NCBI RefSeq assembly: GCF_009914755.1
Contig: NC_060929.1
Origin: the human T2T-CHM13v2.0 reference genome, Homo sapiens
Direction: 5' to 3' (one strand)
Length of the DNA stretch: 64,000 nt
The position numbers were made by a program, and so were the translations under genes. Shown here in pieces: positions 44,621 through 57,642 of this stretch; positions within the stretch are counted from its first letter, which is position 1, and every line of letters starts with the position of its first letter. The notes below the pieces were generated by a model. The model did no database searches. It was not told the origin of the DNA and worked only from the letters and a program-made list of their open reading frames with translations.

Positions 44621-44722
44621 AGATACAACAAAAAATAACGTCCCAGGGGGATAGACGCTATACTTGTGAACAAAGGCAGGTGTGTAGGCTAAAAAACTTC
44701 TACTTATATATAGCATGGATTT

Positions 44723-44993
44723 TGTTATGGCCTGAATTTTGTCCCAATAAAATTCATATATTGAGAGGTTCACTCACAGAAGAAAAACTACATGAGGACC
44801 CAGTGAGAAGGTGGCCATCTACAAGCCAAGGAAAGAAGCCTCAGAAAAAAAAAATAATAATAATATAAAATAACCCTGCCCACACCTTGGTATTGAACTT
44901 CTTAGCCTCTTTAACTGTGAGAAAATAAATTTTTGTTGTTTAAGCTATTTGGTCTTTGTTATTTTGAAATGGTAGCCTTAGCAATTTAATGCA
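44723..44993 (+). mobile_element. MLT1B-like LTR with internal deletion
   Basis: 'tgttatggcctgaattttgtccc..gagaaggtggccatctacaagccaagga..aactgtgagaaaataaattt'. Confidence 0.85.
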
Positions 44994-45456
44994 AATGTTT
45001 CTGGGATCTGTCTGAGAAAGTATAAGTATCAAAAGCCTACAGAGTGGACTAATGCTGGGGAATTATATAGCTGTTATATAGCTGTTTCTTGATGTGCCAA
45101 CCAAATTCAGATCATTCAGTGATACAGTTATAAGATCGATTATTTTGACTCAGAAACATTTTAGATGAATAGATGAATGTAATGTCAGAATAGTGATACA
45201 AATTAAGACAAAAAACATAAGCTGGAAAATATTGATGATACTAACAACAAAAGTCCTTAATATAAAAACAGAAATTTGTATTAAAAAATTATTTCAATGC
45301 ACAAAGTATGTGAACAAACAATTCACAGAAAAAATAATAAATAATATCAATTGTCAATAAATATATGTAGTAATGTTTTTAAAAACCCAATTTTTCCATG
45401 CATATATTTGGAAAATATTTTAAAGTTATCTTTTATAAAAGAAAATTTCAAGTTTT

Positions 45457-45756
45457 TTCTGTTTGTTTGCTTGTTTGTTTTTGAGACAAGAGTCTCTCTC
45501 TGCCACCCAGGCTGGGGTGCAGTGGCGCAATCTTGGCTCAGTCAACCTCTGCCTCCCGGGTTCAAGCGATTCTTGTGCCTCAGCCTACAGAGTAGCTTGG
45601 ACTCCAGGGCACATCACCACACCCGGCTAATTTTTTTGTGGAGATGGGGTTTTACCATGTTGGCCAGGCTGGTCTCGAACTCCTGACCTCAGGTGATCCG
45701 CCCGCCTCAGCCTCCCAAAGTGCTTGAATTACAGGCATGAGCCACCGCACCCAACC
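45457..45756 (-). mobile_element. AluSx-like
   Basis: Antisense dimer; TSD aaaa(t/c)ttcaagtttt on both sides. Confidence 0.95.
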
Positions 45757-48700
45757 AAAAACTTCAAGTTTTGATTAGTACGTGGAGAAAAGGCACTGTT
45801 GAGTATTCTATGGGCCAACAAATTAATGAAAACTATGTAGCGATTTGGCAATCTCTAAATTGTCTTTACTTTAAAATACTGGCAAAGGTAAATGGATAAA
45901 AATATTTTTTATTTTTAAATAACTTCAACCTAAAAATGTTAAAAACCTTAAATGTTGGTTAAATGGAAATCGATTAGCTCCTTTGCCCTTGTTAATATGA
46001 ATCAAAGAGCTCTACATATGTTGCTGTGTGAAGATCTGCAAGGAATATTATGTTGAATATAAAATTGCATCAGATAGTGAATAATACCATCCACTTAGTA
46101 TAAACAAAATCTTTAGATACCTTATACTTATTTTGATGGCTGTGTATGAAATGAAAATAACTATATGATATTATACTTAGAAAAAAACTCCTAAATTTGG
46201 AGCAGATGATACAGAAAAATCAAAAGATAACAGCATTGTAAGGAAGAGATTGCAAATAGTAAATTTGTCCTTTACCAAATTATTTTACTTCTGCAACTTA
46301 CACATTTGGAAATCTCTTAACATAAATGATTATAAAATGTCCTTAAATGTTATATGGATATATGAAAGGTATTTTGTATTTTGCTTTTACAAAGATTTTA
46401 AAAGGAGTATCACCTTACGTTACTTGTGTTTTGCAATTACCCATACAGAGTCATAAATATCACTTGAAATCACCTTAATATTATTTACAATAATCAAATT
46501 ATTATCTTCATTGCCTTCTCATGTACATTGTGTCTGGACCTTCTCTGTTCTCTGGATTTACATGCAAACGTTGAAAATATTTTATTTTAAAAAATATATA
46601 TTTTTCTGTCATGACATTTTATAGAGAAGAATTCTAAAAATAAATAAATGCAAAAGAAGTAACCTATATAGTTATCTACAGAAATTGTAACCTACTATGG
46701 GATAGCCAAGGCTTGCATCCAAATTAATTTAAATGTTTTAACAATAAAAAACAATTTTTAAATATTTGAATATTAATGCTATTTTCTTGTGGTCTAATAT
46801 TAATAACAGTAATGCAGACTGAATAGAATTAATTGGTAATTAACTTTTTATTTTGTTAAATGTAGGCAACTGAAGGACTTTCAAAGTAGAATGAGAAGAA
46901 AGAGTAAGACATAGATTTTTGCTTTCTGCTAGAGACTTCCACTGTCTCTTTTTCCTGTCTCATGTACTTCAGTTAACTAATTCTTCTGTGGACTGGGTTG
47001 GGCCACACACAATGCTTTTCCTAGATAGCTCTGTCATTTTTTCAAATACATAATCCACATTTTTTACACTAAGAAATTTAAGACTCCAGGGTCGTGAAGT
47101 TTGATCACAGTATTGGAAGAGTTCTTAAAGGAAATACAATATGAGCAGACAAGTGACAGAAATCAGGTAAAATTGGCTGCAAAATGTGTCCATACCACCA
47201 AAAGTTTACAGCTTTTCCAGTTAGAGCATAGGCAGAACTTCCACCTTCTATCAAAGTCACACCTAGATTATGTATCCTCCGAGTGTGGATCCCTGAGACA
47301 CATAGAATTGCAATTTACAACTCCATCAATAGGTATCAGGAAAATTGGTCAGGATGAAATATCTCTAAAGCTTTACGATTTTATGTCAAATAAAAAGTTT
47401 TTCTCAATCTGTCTGTAGAATCTTCTAGAAGTTATCTGCTATAAAATTAATTAAGTGGATGTGACTACCACTTCATGTGGTAAAATCATTTGAGAACTTT
47501 CAAGAAACATTGTGACTTGGAAATATTTGATGATCACTCCTATATTATTTGGGACTTTTCAACCCAAGAATGTTGTATTCCACCTTTAGCCTAAAACTGG
47601 TGGTAGAGTGTTTGCATTGCTGACTAAATGAATATGTAATGGTCATCCTCCAGATTCCTAGTGATATTAAAGTATTCCTACAAGTTAAAGATTATATTCC
47701 ACATATGTAATTACCAAAGTCTCTTTGTCGAAATTGGTTCACCTGCTTGAGAATTTAAGACCTAGGGAATAAAAATCAAATGTGATTTTTAAGTCAAATA
47801 AATATTTTACAAAACAAGAATTAGAATATTTTATTATACTCATTATATAAGCTTTACAAAGTGGCAAATATTAAAAGTTGTTTGTTTTTATATAGGAAGA
47901 AAAAAAACATAAAACCAGGAAAAGGTAAGATTACTTCCATGATAATTCAAAAGGCCCTAAATTTTAATAGCATTTGATTTTATGTGTCATAAGAGAAAAC
48001 AGAAGACAAGACAAAGAAAGATAACCTCTGTCTCCCTAATAAATCTGGGAAAAAGTCTAAAGAGTAGTAGCTTACTTAGGGAATAAAAGCTGGCTTGTTC
48101 TACTTTGTTTGCCAAGAAGAAGAAAAAAAGCAGAGAAGATTACGTAGCAGAAAGTATACTGTCTCTCTGACTGCAAGTCAGAGGGCACTTCCAGAATCCA
48201 GAAATTTCCCAGTAAGTAGTCTCTTATCTAATGAGAGTTAAAAGAAGTGCGTTGGGAATGTTTTAGCTGATGTTAAAGCCTCTGTCATTTGCATTATAGC
48301 ACTGGTAATTTTCCTAACCTGAAAATAAACTATTTTAACTACAAAAATTAAAGAATTTTATTTCCCTTAGGTAATCTTAAAAAAAATCTTAAACATTTAT
48401 ATGATATGTATCTTTATAATATTTATATAATATTCCACTTACAGAAAAGCAAGATTAGAAGATATTCTGTTAAATATTGACATTATTCTATGGTTATTGG
48501 AATTTGTTATATTTTTGTTATTCCATTTAAAAATGGTCCTTTAAAATTATTATTTAATAAATGGGTACTAATGTGACCCTTTCCCTATTATAGATGATAC
48601 TGTGGTATTTTAAATTGTTGCTGGCTCTTTTTTCTTTAACCATCAATCACTTACAAATAAATTACTATATCCAGACACTTCTAAAATATTTTCTCCTTAA

Positions 48701-49899
48701 TTTAATATAAACATACTGTTATATAGCATCACTCTGTTTATCGCAGTTGCAAACACTAAGGTGTTTTTTTAAAAAAAATCTGTAAATATGACAAGTTAAA
48801 ATCAGAATGACTCCTTATTTAACAATTGTATGTCACAGATTTGTGATGTTATGCTAAAATGATGAAAAGTTCAGAAATGTAGGTATTATTAATCAAGAAA
48901 ATAAACTGATATTGCATAGACAACATTCTTAAGATGTTCAAAACAGCTTCAAAAATGGTTTGTTTGCTTACAATGTCTACAAATATAGTTTATACAGTAG
49001 ATTCAAGACCTATGGAAACAATTTAAATATTAGTTGAAAGTTTCATAATATTATAGAGTTTCAAAACAAAAAAAGACCACTAAATAAGTGTATCCATCCT
49101 CAAGAAATATGTTAGTAGGATACTATTTGCTTAGCTATATTCTCCAAAATATGTCCAGCCTAATATTAAATGACTGAAGCAATGAGACTTCCTTTAAATA
49201 TCCCGAGACACTGTCCCATGGTCCAATTCTAAATACTGTTAGGAATTTTGTTATATATGTGTGAATCCTCTGGACATTTTTATGCCTTGTGTCAGCAAAT
49301 TGCTGTTCACAGACAACTTGATTAAAAAAAAAGTGCCCTGATATAGAATCAGATGATTGAATATTCATGCTGTATTTTGCATAATATTTGTCAGTTATTA
49401 CCATTCTGAATGTTATGTACTTATTTCCATGACTCATCTTCCTATATTATGATTTTACATAGTTTGTAAATAGAGTTGCTGTGAACTGTGTCATAATGAC
49501 TGAAAATGGAAGGTGTGGAAGTTAAATGCAATCAAGCAAGACAGATTAATTTTAAAAACTTGCACCCTCAGATGGTTTTCAAAGATGATGAGCTTTTTTT
49601 TTTATTGTTTCTGTGATGTGACTGCTAATTGTTATAATAACAGATTTGACATTCCTCAACAAATGATTTCAGGAAATTGTCAGTGTATGTGAGACCAAAT
49701 GTTTATTTGCATGCGCTTCGTGGATCCCACCCACACATCTAAATATACACAATATACACAAGCACACAAATATGTTTGTATATCCACATGTTGTGTGTGT
49801 CTATATATCTATATCTTTACCTATTTTCTATCTCAGCAACTAAAGTCATACAGATAGATTAAAATCCCTCTGAAACTATTGTAGGATTGTGAGGAAAAA

Positions 49900-50045
49900 A
49901 AAGTGAGGGCCTAGGAAAATGTATGGATGCAATGCTATTTAAAGGAAGAAAAGATAAGAAGAATCTATAAGGAAATCAAAATGAATGGGCCAGAGAGGTA
50001 ACAGGGAACATAGGAGCGAGGTATGATGAATACCAAATGGAAGTT
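49900..50045 (-). mobile_element. L2 relic
   Basis: 'atttaaaggaag..gaagaatctataaggaaatc..tgggccagagaggta..gatgaataccaa'. Confidence 0.45.
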
Positions 50046-50074
50046 TGCCTGGTGCTAGAAAGTATGTAGATTTC

Positions 50075-50340
50075 AAGTGAATGAATCTGGGCTTGAAGCT
50101 TCATGGGCTGCGTGGCATTAAATGTATTTCTAAATGTCTCTAAGCCTCATTTTCACCTCTTGCAAAAAAACAAAAAAGGAAAAAGAAAACAAAGAAAAAA
50201 GGCATAGATAACTACATCACTGATTTGTACTGTGAACTAATATGATATTTAAATATTAAAGCCATCACTGATGGCTTTGAAATTTAAAGCCATCATTGAT
50301 ATAATTTGGTTGTATGTCTCATTAGTAATATTATTATATT
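50075..50340 (+). mobile_element. MIR relic
   Basis: 'tctctaagcctcattttcacctcttgcaaaa' MIR core. Confidence 0.55.
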
Positions 50341-51440
50341 CATGTAAGAAATGTCAATTTGCCATGATCCAAGTGAAGAATAAGTGACTGTAAGAAACTA
50401 GAATAATGTATTTGGCTAAATCTAGAAGAAAGGAGCCTCTAGTTATATAAGATTCTTCCATGTACACTATGTGTGGTGCATTATGCTTCCTGTAGAATTT
50501 TTCACTGCTTTGGAATTTAGCTCAACTATAGAACCAAGTAAGACAGTGACATATACAAGGAAAGAATGACCTAATTATGCTAAATCTTACTCAGAACATT
50601 TCACCAGTTTACATTTTGTGGATAGCATCTTTGAAATTATTTCTAAATAGTCATAGTTTATTCACTAATTTTTTTTTGCTTTCCATATATACAAGTTTGA
50701 GAATGACATTAATGCTAGTCAAAGAATCACCTCATCCACTAGATCACTTTGTAAGTATGCTTGCTTTTATTCTGTCTTCTTATCACTATTATTTTGTCAT
50801 TGTATGTCCATAAAGGTAAACTATTTAGCTGGATCAGCTCTGACCTTTAAGGTGAAAAGAGTAGGGTGGGGTGGGGAGTAAGTTCAATGAATACATTATT
50901 CACTTATTTGGTTAAAAAAATATGAGATTTATTAACATTTCTGTTATTATGTGCGTTGAGTTTTTCTTGTATATGATTACTTTAGAATAAAATTTCATGG
51001 TGTTTATTTACATAAAACCCTGAAAGGTCAAGCTTTTTTGAGACCTTCTCAGTTATAGTCCAGAAACACATTGTCATTTGCATTTTTTCATAATGTTAAA
51101 TGTCAATATGTCTATAGGCAGACAACCAGTTCCCTCCCATCGTAATACTAAAAAAAGAATGGAATTAAAAATGCACCCTCAGATTAGTGAACCAGAAAAG
51201 GAAGTGCTTATTGTTCCTTTTAGTGATAAGGCACATAAACAGGGACTCAGAAGGCCAAAGATTTGCTGCCACTGGGTTGTGTTACTATACAGAGGGAAGA
51301 ATGATGAGTTAAGACAAATTACACATAGTTAATAAGATAATGGTTTACATTCTAAATCTAGTTTTGTGATTAAAATAAGCACTTCTATGTAATATGAAGA
51401 GCTGGCAGGTGTTCTATGGGCTAAAAAAGTTGTCAAACTT

Positions 51441-54400
51441 AAGATGACTGACTAGAGGCATCTGGCATTCACGTCCTCCACAAATAAGAACCAAAATAGT
51501 GAGTAGATTATCAAACTTACTATAACGAATCTAAGGGATAACAATGTAATTCAAGAGAGGAATGACAGGAAATACCTAAGCCAAGGAAGGGGAGGTAAGC
51601 AAGACAGCCTGTTTGTCCTGGGTTGGCTTGGAGCACGAGTAGTTCTCCAACGTGCAAAAAGGGTAAGTGAGGGGTCCTGAGTGGTCCCCATCCCTACCAC
51701 AGACTCCTGCAATCTTAGCCATGGGAAAGTCTCTGGACTCTCTTGGGCCCTGACACTAACTAGGGGACTGCCTGGAAACAACACAAAAGCATTATTCCAA
51801 AGAGGGAGCTCACACTGGGTCTCACACTCTTCCAAAACCTAAGGAGCTGCAGCATTTTGAGGGCCCAGTCTGATGGGGATCAGGCTGCATCCTGCCCTGG
51901 AGCACCACAGGTCGTGCATCTCCACATCCCTGGAGCTCCACTATCTCTTATGCACAGCTGCTGCCACTGTTGGCTCTACCACCAGGCCCCAAAGCACAAG
52001 CCATTAGCAGTGACCCGCTGTTCTCAGCAACAAGGCCGCAGGGCATTTGTACACTCTCTGATGCAGGCTGCTCCTGCCTGCCACTGCCACTGCTGTTTCC
52101 AACTGAGCACTGCATGGGGCTCTGGGCAGCTCCCTGCCTCTGCCCACCATGGCCAGTGCCCATATACACAATGCAGGGGCCTGAGGACAGTTTTGCCCTG
52201 CCCTGCACTGTTCCACCAGCTCAGGAGAACACAATCCAAGGGCCATGGGATTGTTTTGCCCTGTTGACCACTGTTGGCATCTAGGAACACCTCCTTGGGG
52301 CCTAAGAATGGGCCCACCTAGCCTGCCGCTACGAGCACAGCTGGCCTCTACCTACACACACTACCTGCAGTCCTTGCGACTAGTCCACCTGGCCCATCAC
52401 AGCCACCACCAACACCAGCACAAACCTCTTAGGAGCCAGAGGTTGTCCTACCACTGCTGTTGCCATCGCCCATAACATACCAGCTGCCAGGGGCTTGAGA
52501 GTCCACCCACCCTCCTGACCCACCACTGTCACTACCGGCACCTAAGCAAGCTATCTGAAGGCCCAATAATCAGCCTGTCTGAACATTTGTGTCAGCATAT
52601 GCCACCCTAAGAATCAAAGACAGACATGCTCAGCCACTGCCACTACCGGAGCCCAAGGACTGGCCCAGCTGGAGCTCCCTTCCCAGCCAAACTTCACCAC
52701 AGCCTCCACTAACAACCACACACTAAGACACTGAAGAAATCACAGACACGATTGACTTTGTTTACAGCCAAAAAAATAAATGAATAAATAAATAGACTAC
52801 ACTAATATACTCGACCAGAATCAAAGCCAAAATGCCCTACCCAACCAGCACCATAGATACATCTTCAAGACAAAGTCCTCTGCTATGAGAACAAGTCCCA
52901 AAAATCAGAAGAAACAACTATTACACCATATGCACAGACATCAATGTGGGAACATAAGAAACATGTTAAAAAACACGGAAATGTGACCCTCTCCAAATGA
53001 ACACAATAATTCTCCAGTGACCAATTTCATTGAAAAAGAAATGTATAAAATTCCGGCATGAAAACAGACACATAAACCAATGCAACAGGATAGATAGAGA
53101 ACCTAGAAATAAATTCACATATTTAGAGCCAGCTGATTTTCAAAAGAAGCACCTAGAACATACATTGGGGAAAGGATATCCTCTTCAATAAATGGCCCTA
53201 GGAAAGCAGAATATTCATAGGCAGAAGAAAGAAACTGGGCCATTATCTCTTACCACATACAAAATCAACCCAAAATGGATTAAAGACTAAATTTTAAGAC
53301 CTCAGACTACAAAATTACTAGTAGAAAACATAGGCAAAAATTCTTCAGAACATTGGGTTAGGCAAAGACGTCAAAAGTTTTAGCAACAAAAACAAAAAAC
53401 AGACAAATGGAACCATATTAAACTAAAAAGCTACTGCAGAGTGAAGGAAACAATCAACAAAGAAAAAAGACAACTCACAAAATGGAAGAAAATATTTGCA
53501 AATTATTAATTAGGCAGGGGATTAATATGCAGAATATATAAGGAACTCAAACAAGTCGAGTAAAACAAACAAATAAATAATTCCATGAAAAAAGGAACAA
53601 AGACTATGGATAGACACTCCTCAAAAGAAGACATACAAATGGCTAAGAGGTACATGAAAAATGCTCAACATTACTAATCATCATGGAAATGCCAATTAAA
53701 ACCACAACGAGATAGTATCTTTCTCCAGTTAGAATGACTGTTATTAAAAAGACAAAAAACTACCTGGCGCAGTGGCTCACACATGCAATTCCAGCACTTA
53801 GGGAGGCCGAAATGAGTGGGTGGATTACCTGAGGTCAGGAGTTCAAGACCAGTCTGGCCAACATGGTGAAACCCCATCTCCACTAAAAATACAAAAATAC
53901 AAAAATTAGCTGGGAGTGGTGTCGGGCGCCTGTAATCCCAGCTACTCAGGAGGCTGAAGCAGGAGAATCACTTGAACCTGGGAGGCAGAGGTTGCCATGG
54001 GCTGAGATGGCGCCACTGCACTCCAGCCTGAGCAACAGAGCAAGACTCCCTCTCAAAAACAAACAAACAAACAAAAAACTATAAATCCTGGGGAGGGTGT
54101 GGAGAAAAGGGAACTCATACATTGCAGTAATTTAAATTAGTACAGGCACTATGAAAAACAGTATGAAGATTTCTCAGGAAACTGAAAATAGAGCTACCAT
54201 AGGATTCACCAGTCACACTACTGGGCATTTATCCAAAGTGAAGGGAGTATGTACACCAAAGAGATACCTGCAACTTCTTGTTTATTGTAGCACTACCCAC
54301 AATAGCAAAGATAGGGAAACAACATGAGTGTCCATCAAAGGATGCACGAATAATACCATATCATGTCATTTGCAGCAACATAAATGGAACTGGAGGAAAT

Positions 54401-54828
54401 TATGTTAAGTGAAATAAGCCAGACATAAAAACACAAATATCGTATGTTCTCACTCATGTGAGAGCTAAAGTTGATTTCATGGAGGCAGATATTGTAATGA
54501 TAGATATCAGAGGCTATTAACGGCATGTATATGGGGGAGGGTGATTGAAAAGAGGTTGATTAATGGGTACAAACCTACAGTTAGATAGAAAAAATAAATT
54601 GTGAGGTTGGTTAACAGAGTAATGTGACTATAATTAACAGCAAGGTATTGTATATTTGAAAATAGCCAGATGAGAGGGTTTGAAATGATCTCAACACATA
54701 GAAATGATAAATACTGGAGATGATGAATACCTTAAATACCCTGACTTGGTCATTACACATTCTATGCACATAAACAAATATCATATGTACCCTATAAATA
54801 TGTACAAATATTATGTATCAATAAAAAA
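51441..54828 (+). mobile_element. L1MA4/5-like element with 5' UTR and 3' end, large internal deletion
   Basis: 5' 'aagatgactgactagaggcatctggc', GC-rich 5' UTR, ORF1 start region, jump at ~53054 to late ORF2 'ggcatgaaaacagacacata', 3' end 'ttatgtatcaataaaaaa'; flanking repeat taaaaaa(t)gttgtcaa(a/g)cttaa. Confidence 0.88.
53763..54070 (+). mobile_element. AluSx-like nested in L1
   Basis: Dimer with duplicated middle A-rich linker; (AAAC)n tail; TSD acaaaaaacta. Confidence 0.95.
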
Positions 54829-55968
54829 TGTTGTCAAGCTTAACTATCTCTACTACTTGGATTCACTATTAATTATTCCATTTTTTGTATCTCGTATTTT
54901 ACCATCCACAGAGTAGCATATATTTCCAATTTAATTTCATCGTTTACTGATACGTAGGTATCATTATTGGATTCTTTACATTAATTCATTTTTAGACAAA
55001 TCATATTTAAAACAAAATCAATAATAATACATTTCAAGTTCACATTTTATTTCTGTGTCTATTGAAAATATAGAGCATCACAAATATTTATTTATGCAAG
55101 CACTGTGGATGTATTGCCAATGAGACCTATTTAGACTGCAAGCATCTTTTATTTTGACCAGATGTGTCAAACAAATAGTATTTCTAAATCTCTTTAGATG
55201 TAGTGATTGATTTCCAGTTTGCCAAAATCCCCAACATTCTCTTATGTCTACTCATTATTCTGCTTAAATAAATACATTTTTTTATTGTAGGCATTTGAAT
55301 TGAGCAACCTCATTTTTTTCCATCAAACATGGAGACATAGCTATTGTACATATGCAATCAGATTAAAGGTACTATACATTAAGTGACAAAAAATCTTTAT
55401 GTGTTTAGGGAAAATTAACTATGGAAATATTTAGTTATTTGAATAAGAAACTTTAAATCTAGTTTCAAAATTGGTGTGTCTTTTGGAAAATCGGTAACAA
55501 CTATAATAAAATTCCCACAAGTAATCTAGATTTTCAGCAGATTATTAATATTATTTATATATTTTAAATCTATATAACAGATGTGGTTATACATTTAGAG
55601 ACAATATATAAAAGCACAAGTTTTACAATATTGCTTAAAAATGAGCACATCGTCAATGAACTTCTTTGGAAATCAAAACCAATTGCTGCCAAGTGAATTT
55701 TCACTTGTCAACTTGGTAAGGGGCTAGTATTTTTACTAATATTGTAATCCTTCAGAATTATTAATATACTTATTGAAACAAAGATAAACTAATAATGCTA
55801 AATTTTAATTATATGCCATGGTTCTTTTCTTAGCCACTTTGGGTAAACTGGGAGAAATAAAGGAAAAGATAAAAATAACATAAGACAAAGTAAAACAGCA
55901 ACTAGCGAGCCAGTTTTATGATACTCCTGCAGTTAGTCCCAATGGAATCTATTGAAGAAACAGAAAGA

Positions 55969-56153
55969 ATGTTTACAAAATTATTATGCTTAGGTATTTA
56001 TATATACAATTTTCTTGCTCCATTAAAATTAATTTTGGATACAATAAAATATTCTTTTCTCTTCACTCTCCTATTTGCCACTACAAATAATATTGACATA
56101 AACTTTTGTTTTCAAAAACAAGAATATGATGGACATAAAAATCATTATTTTTA
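55969..56153 (+). repeat. Dispersed direct duplication, copy 1
   Basis: About 85% identical to 57457-57642 by manual alignment; 26-nt perfect core tccattaaaattaattttggatacaa. Confidence 0.93.
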
Positions 56154-56360
56154 GAAAGTCTGAAACAAAGCCCACATTTCTCCTAAATCTTACATCAAAC
56201 ATATTAACAGTAGTATTTAAATGTTTTATTCTTCTGTATAAGTGAGTGTGCACATTTACCTTAACCAAGGACATTATGAAATGGCTAGTAATGAATATTT
56301 TGATTTATAAATAAAGGCCTGAGGAGGGAAAAACTGATATAGATACATATCTCTTACTCC

Positions 56361-56742
56361 TGTATTAGCTTGCCAGGTCTGCCATGACAAAGTAGCACAG
56401 ACTAGATGGATTAAGCAACAGAAATTTATTTTCTCACAATTCTGGGGGCAAAAAATTCAAGATAAGGTTGAGTTTGTTTCTTCTGGGGACTCTCTTCTGG
56501 TCTTACAGATGACCACCTTCTCACTGTGTCTTCACAAGGTCTTGCTTCTGTGTAGGTCTGCATCCTAATCTCTTCTCCTCATAAGGACACAAATCATATT
56601 GAATTAGATCCCACCCTCATAACCTCATATTAACTTAACCACTTCTTTAAAGATATTATCTCCAAATACAGTCACATTCTGATGAGCTGGCTGTTAGGTC
56701 TTCAACATATAATATCTGAGGGGATGCAATTCAGCCATAACA
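56361..56742 (-). mobile_element. MLT1A/MLT1A0 solo LTR
   Basis: 'tgtattag..caacagaaatttattttctcacaattctgg..tatctccaaatacagtcacattctg..caattcagccataaca'; TSD-like actcc/acccc. Confidence 0.92.
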
Positions 56743-57456
56743 ACCCCTTTTCCAAAATCATGAGATAAATACATACAAGAAAATGGAATAATTATTTTAT
56801 AAAACTTGGCCAAAATCACATGTAAAAAACAGGGCACACACTGTATACATTCATTATAGTACCTCAGTGCTTTGTAGGTGCCCCATGTTTGTGTGTCCAC
56901 ACACACATATACACAACAATCAGACAAACCCAGACAAATTCACAACTTACTGTGACCTCTTACAAAATGTTTTCTGAAGGAAACAAAAGGTTATTGTAAA
57001 GCTAAATTCTAACAGCATGTATAATAGTCTGGTCTTAGAGCTGATACATTTTTTAGGTGTCCTAATATATATAAGGTACTTTCCTTTCTTTCAGTTTTAA
57101 AACATTTATTTTTCTTTATTTAAGCCCTATTATTACCATAGAAAGTAAAAAAAAAAAATCACTTTCCAAACATAATTGCATTTTCTTTTGTTTACATAGA
57201 AATAGGAAAAAAATGCAAAATTGATGTTATTCCTGAACCCAGTATGTTTTCAAATTAATCATTTCAGATAAGCTTGCTTTGTAAATTAGGAAAAAGGTCA
57301 ATAAATTAAGACATAAGCATAGTGAGAATATATGTATGTGTATGTGTATGTATTCTCTAAGTATATATGTGTGCATGTTGATTAGATATGTGAATGTATA
57401 TATAGATTTTGTGTTTACATATGCACACATCTGTGTAAGCATGGAGGTGTGTACAT

Positions 57457-57642
57457 ATGCTTACAAAATAATTATGGTTAAGTGTTTGTATACAGAATCT
57501 TCTTGTTCCATTAAAATTAATTTTGGATACAAGTATGATGTTCTTTTCTGTTTGCTCTCCTATTTGCCTTTATAAATATTATTGACATAAAGTTTTGTTT
57601 TAAAAAATAAGAATATGATAGACATTAAAATAATCATTTTTA
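57457..57642 (+). repeat. Dispersed direct duplication, copy 2, flanked by TA/TG-rich low-complexity DNA
   Basis: See copy 1; low-complexity flanks at ~57330-57456 and ~57645-57790. Confidence 0.93.

Noticed and set aside
46866-46903. 38-nt microexon candidate (tgtag|...aga|gtaaga)
   Set aside because: Not frame-preserving, weak polypyrimidine tract, no partner exons or recognisable protein; expected by chance.
47101-47418. 105-codon ORF in non-repeat DNA
   Set aside because: Starts at TTG, has no recognisable domain and no supporting gene structure.
51551-52475. GC-richer island with overlapping ORFs, resembling a promoter or gene
   Set aside because: It is the L1MA 5' UTR; CpG-depleted, with ORFs in many frames on both strands.
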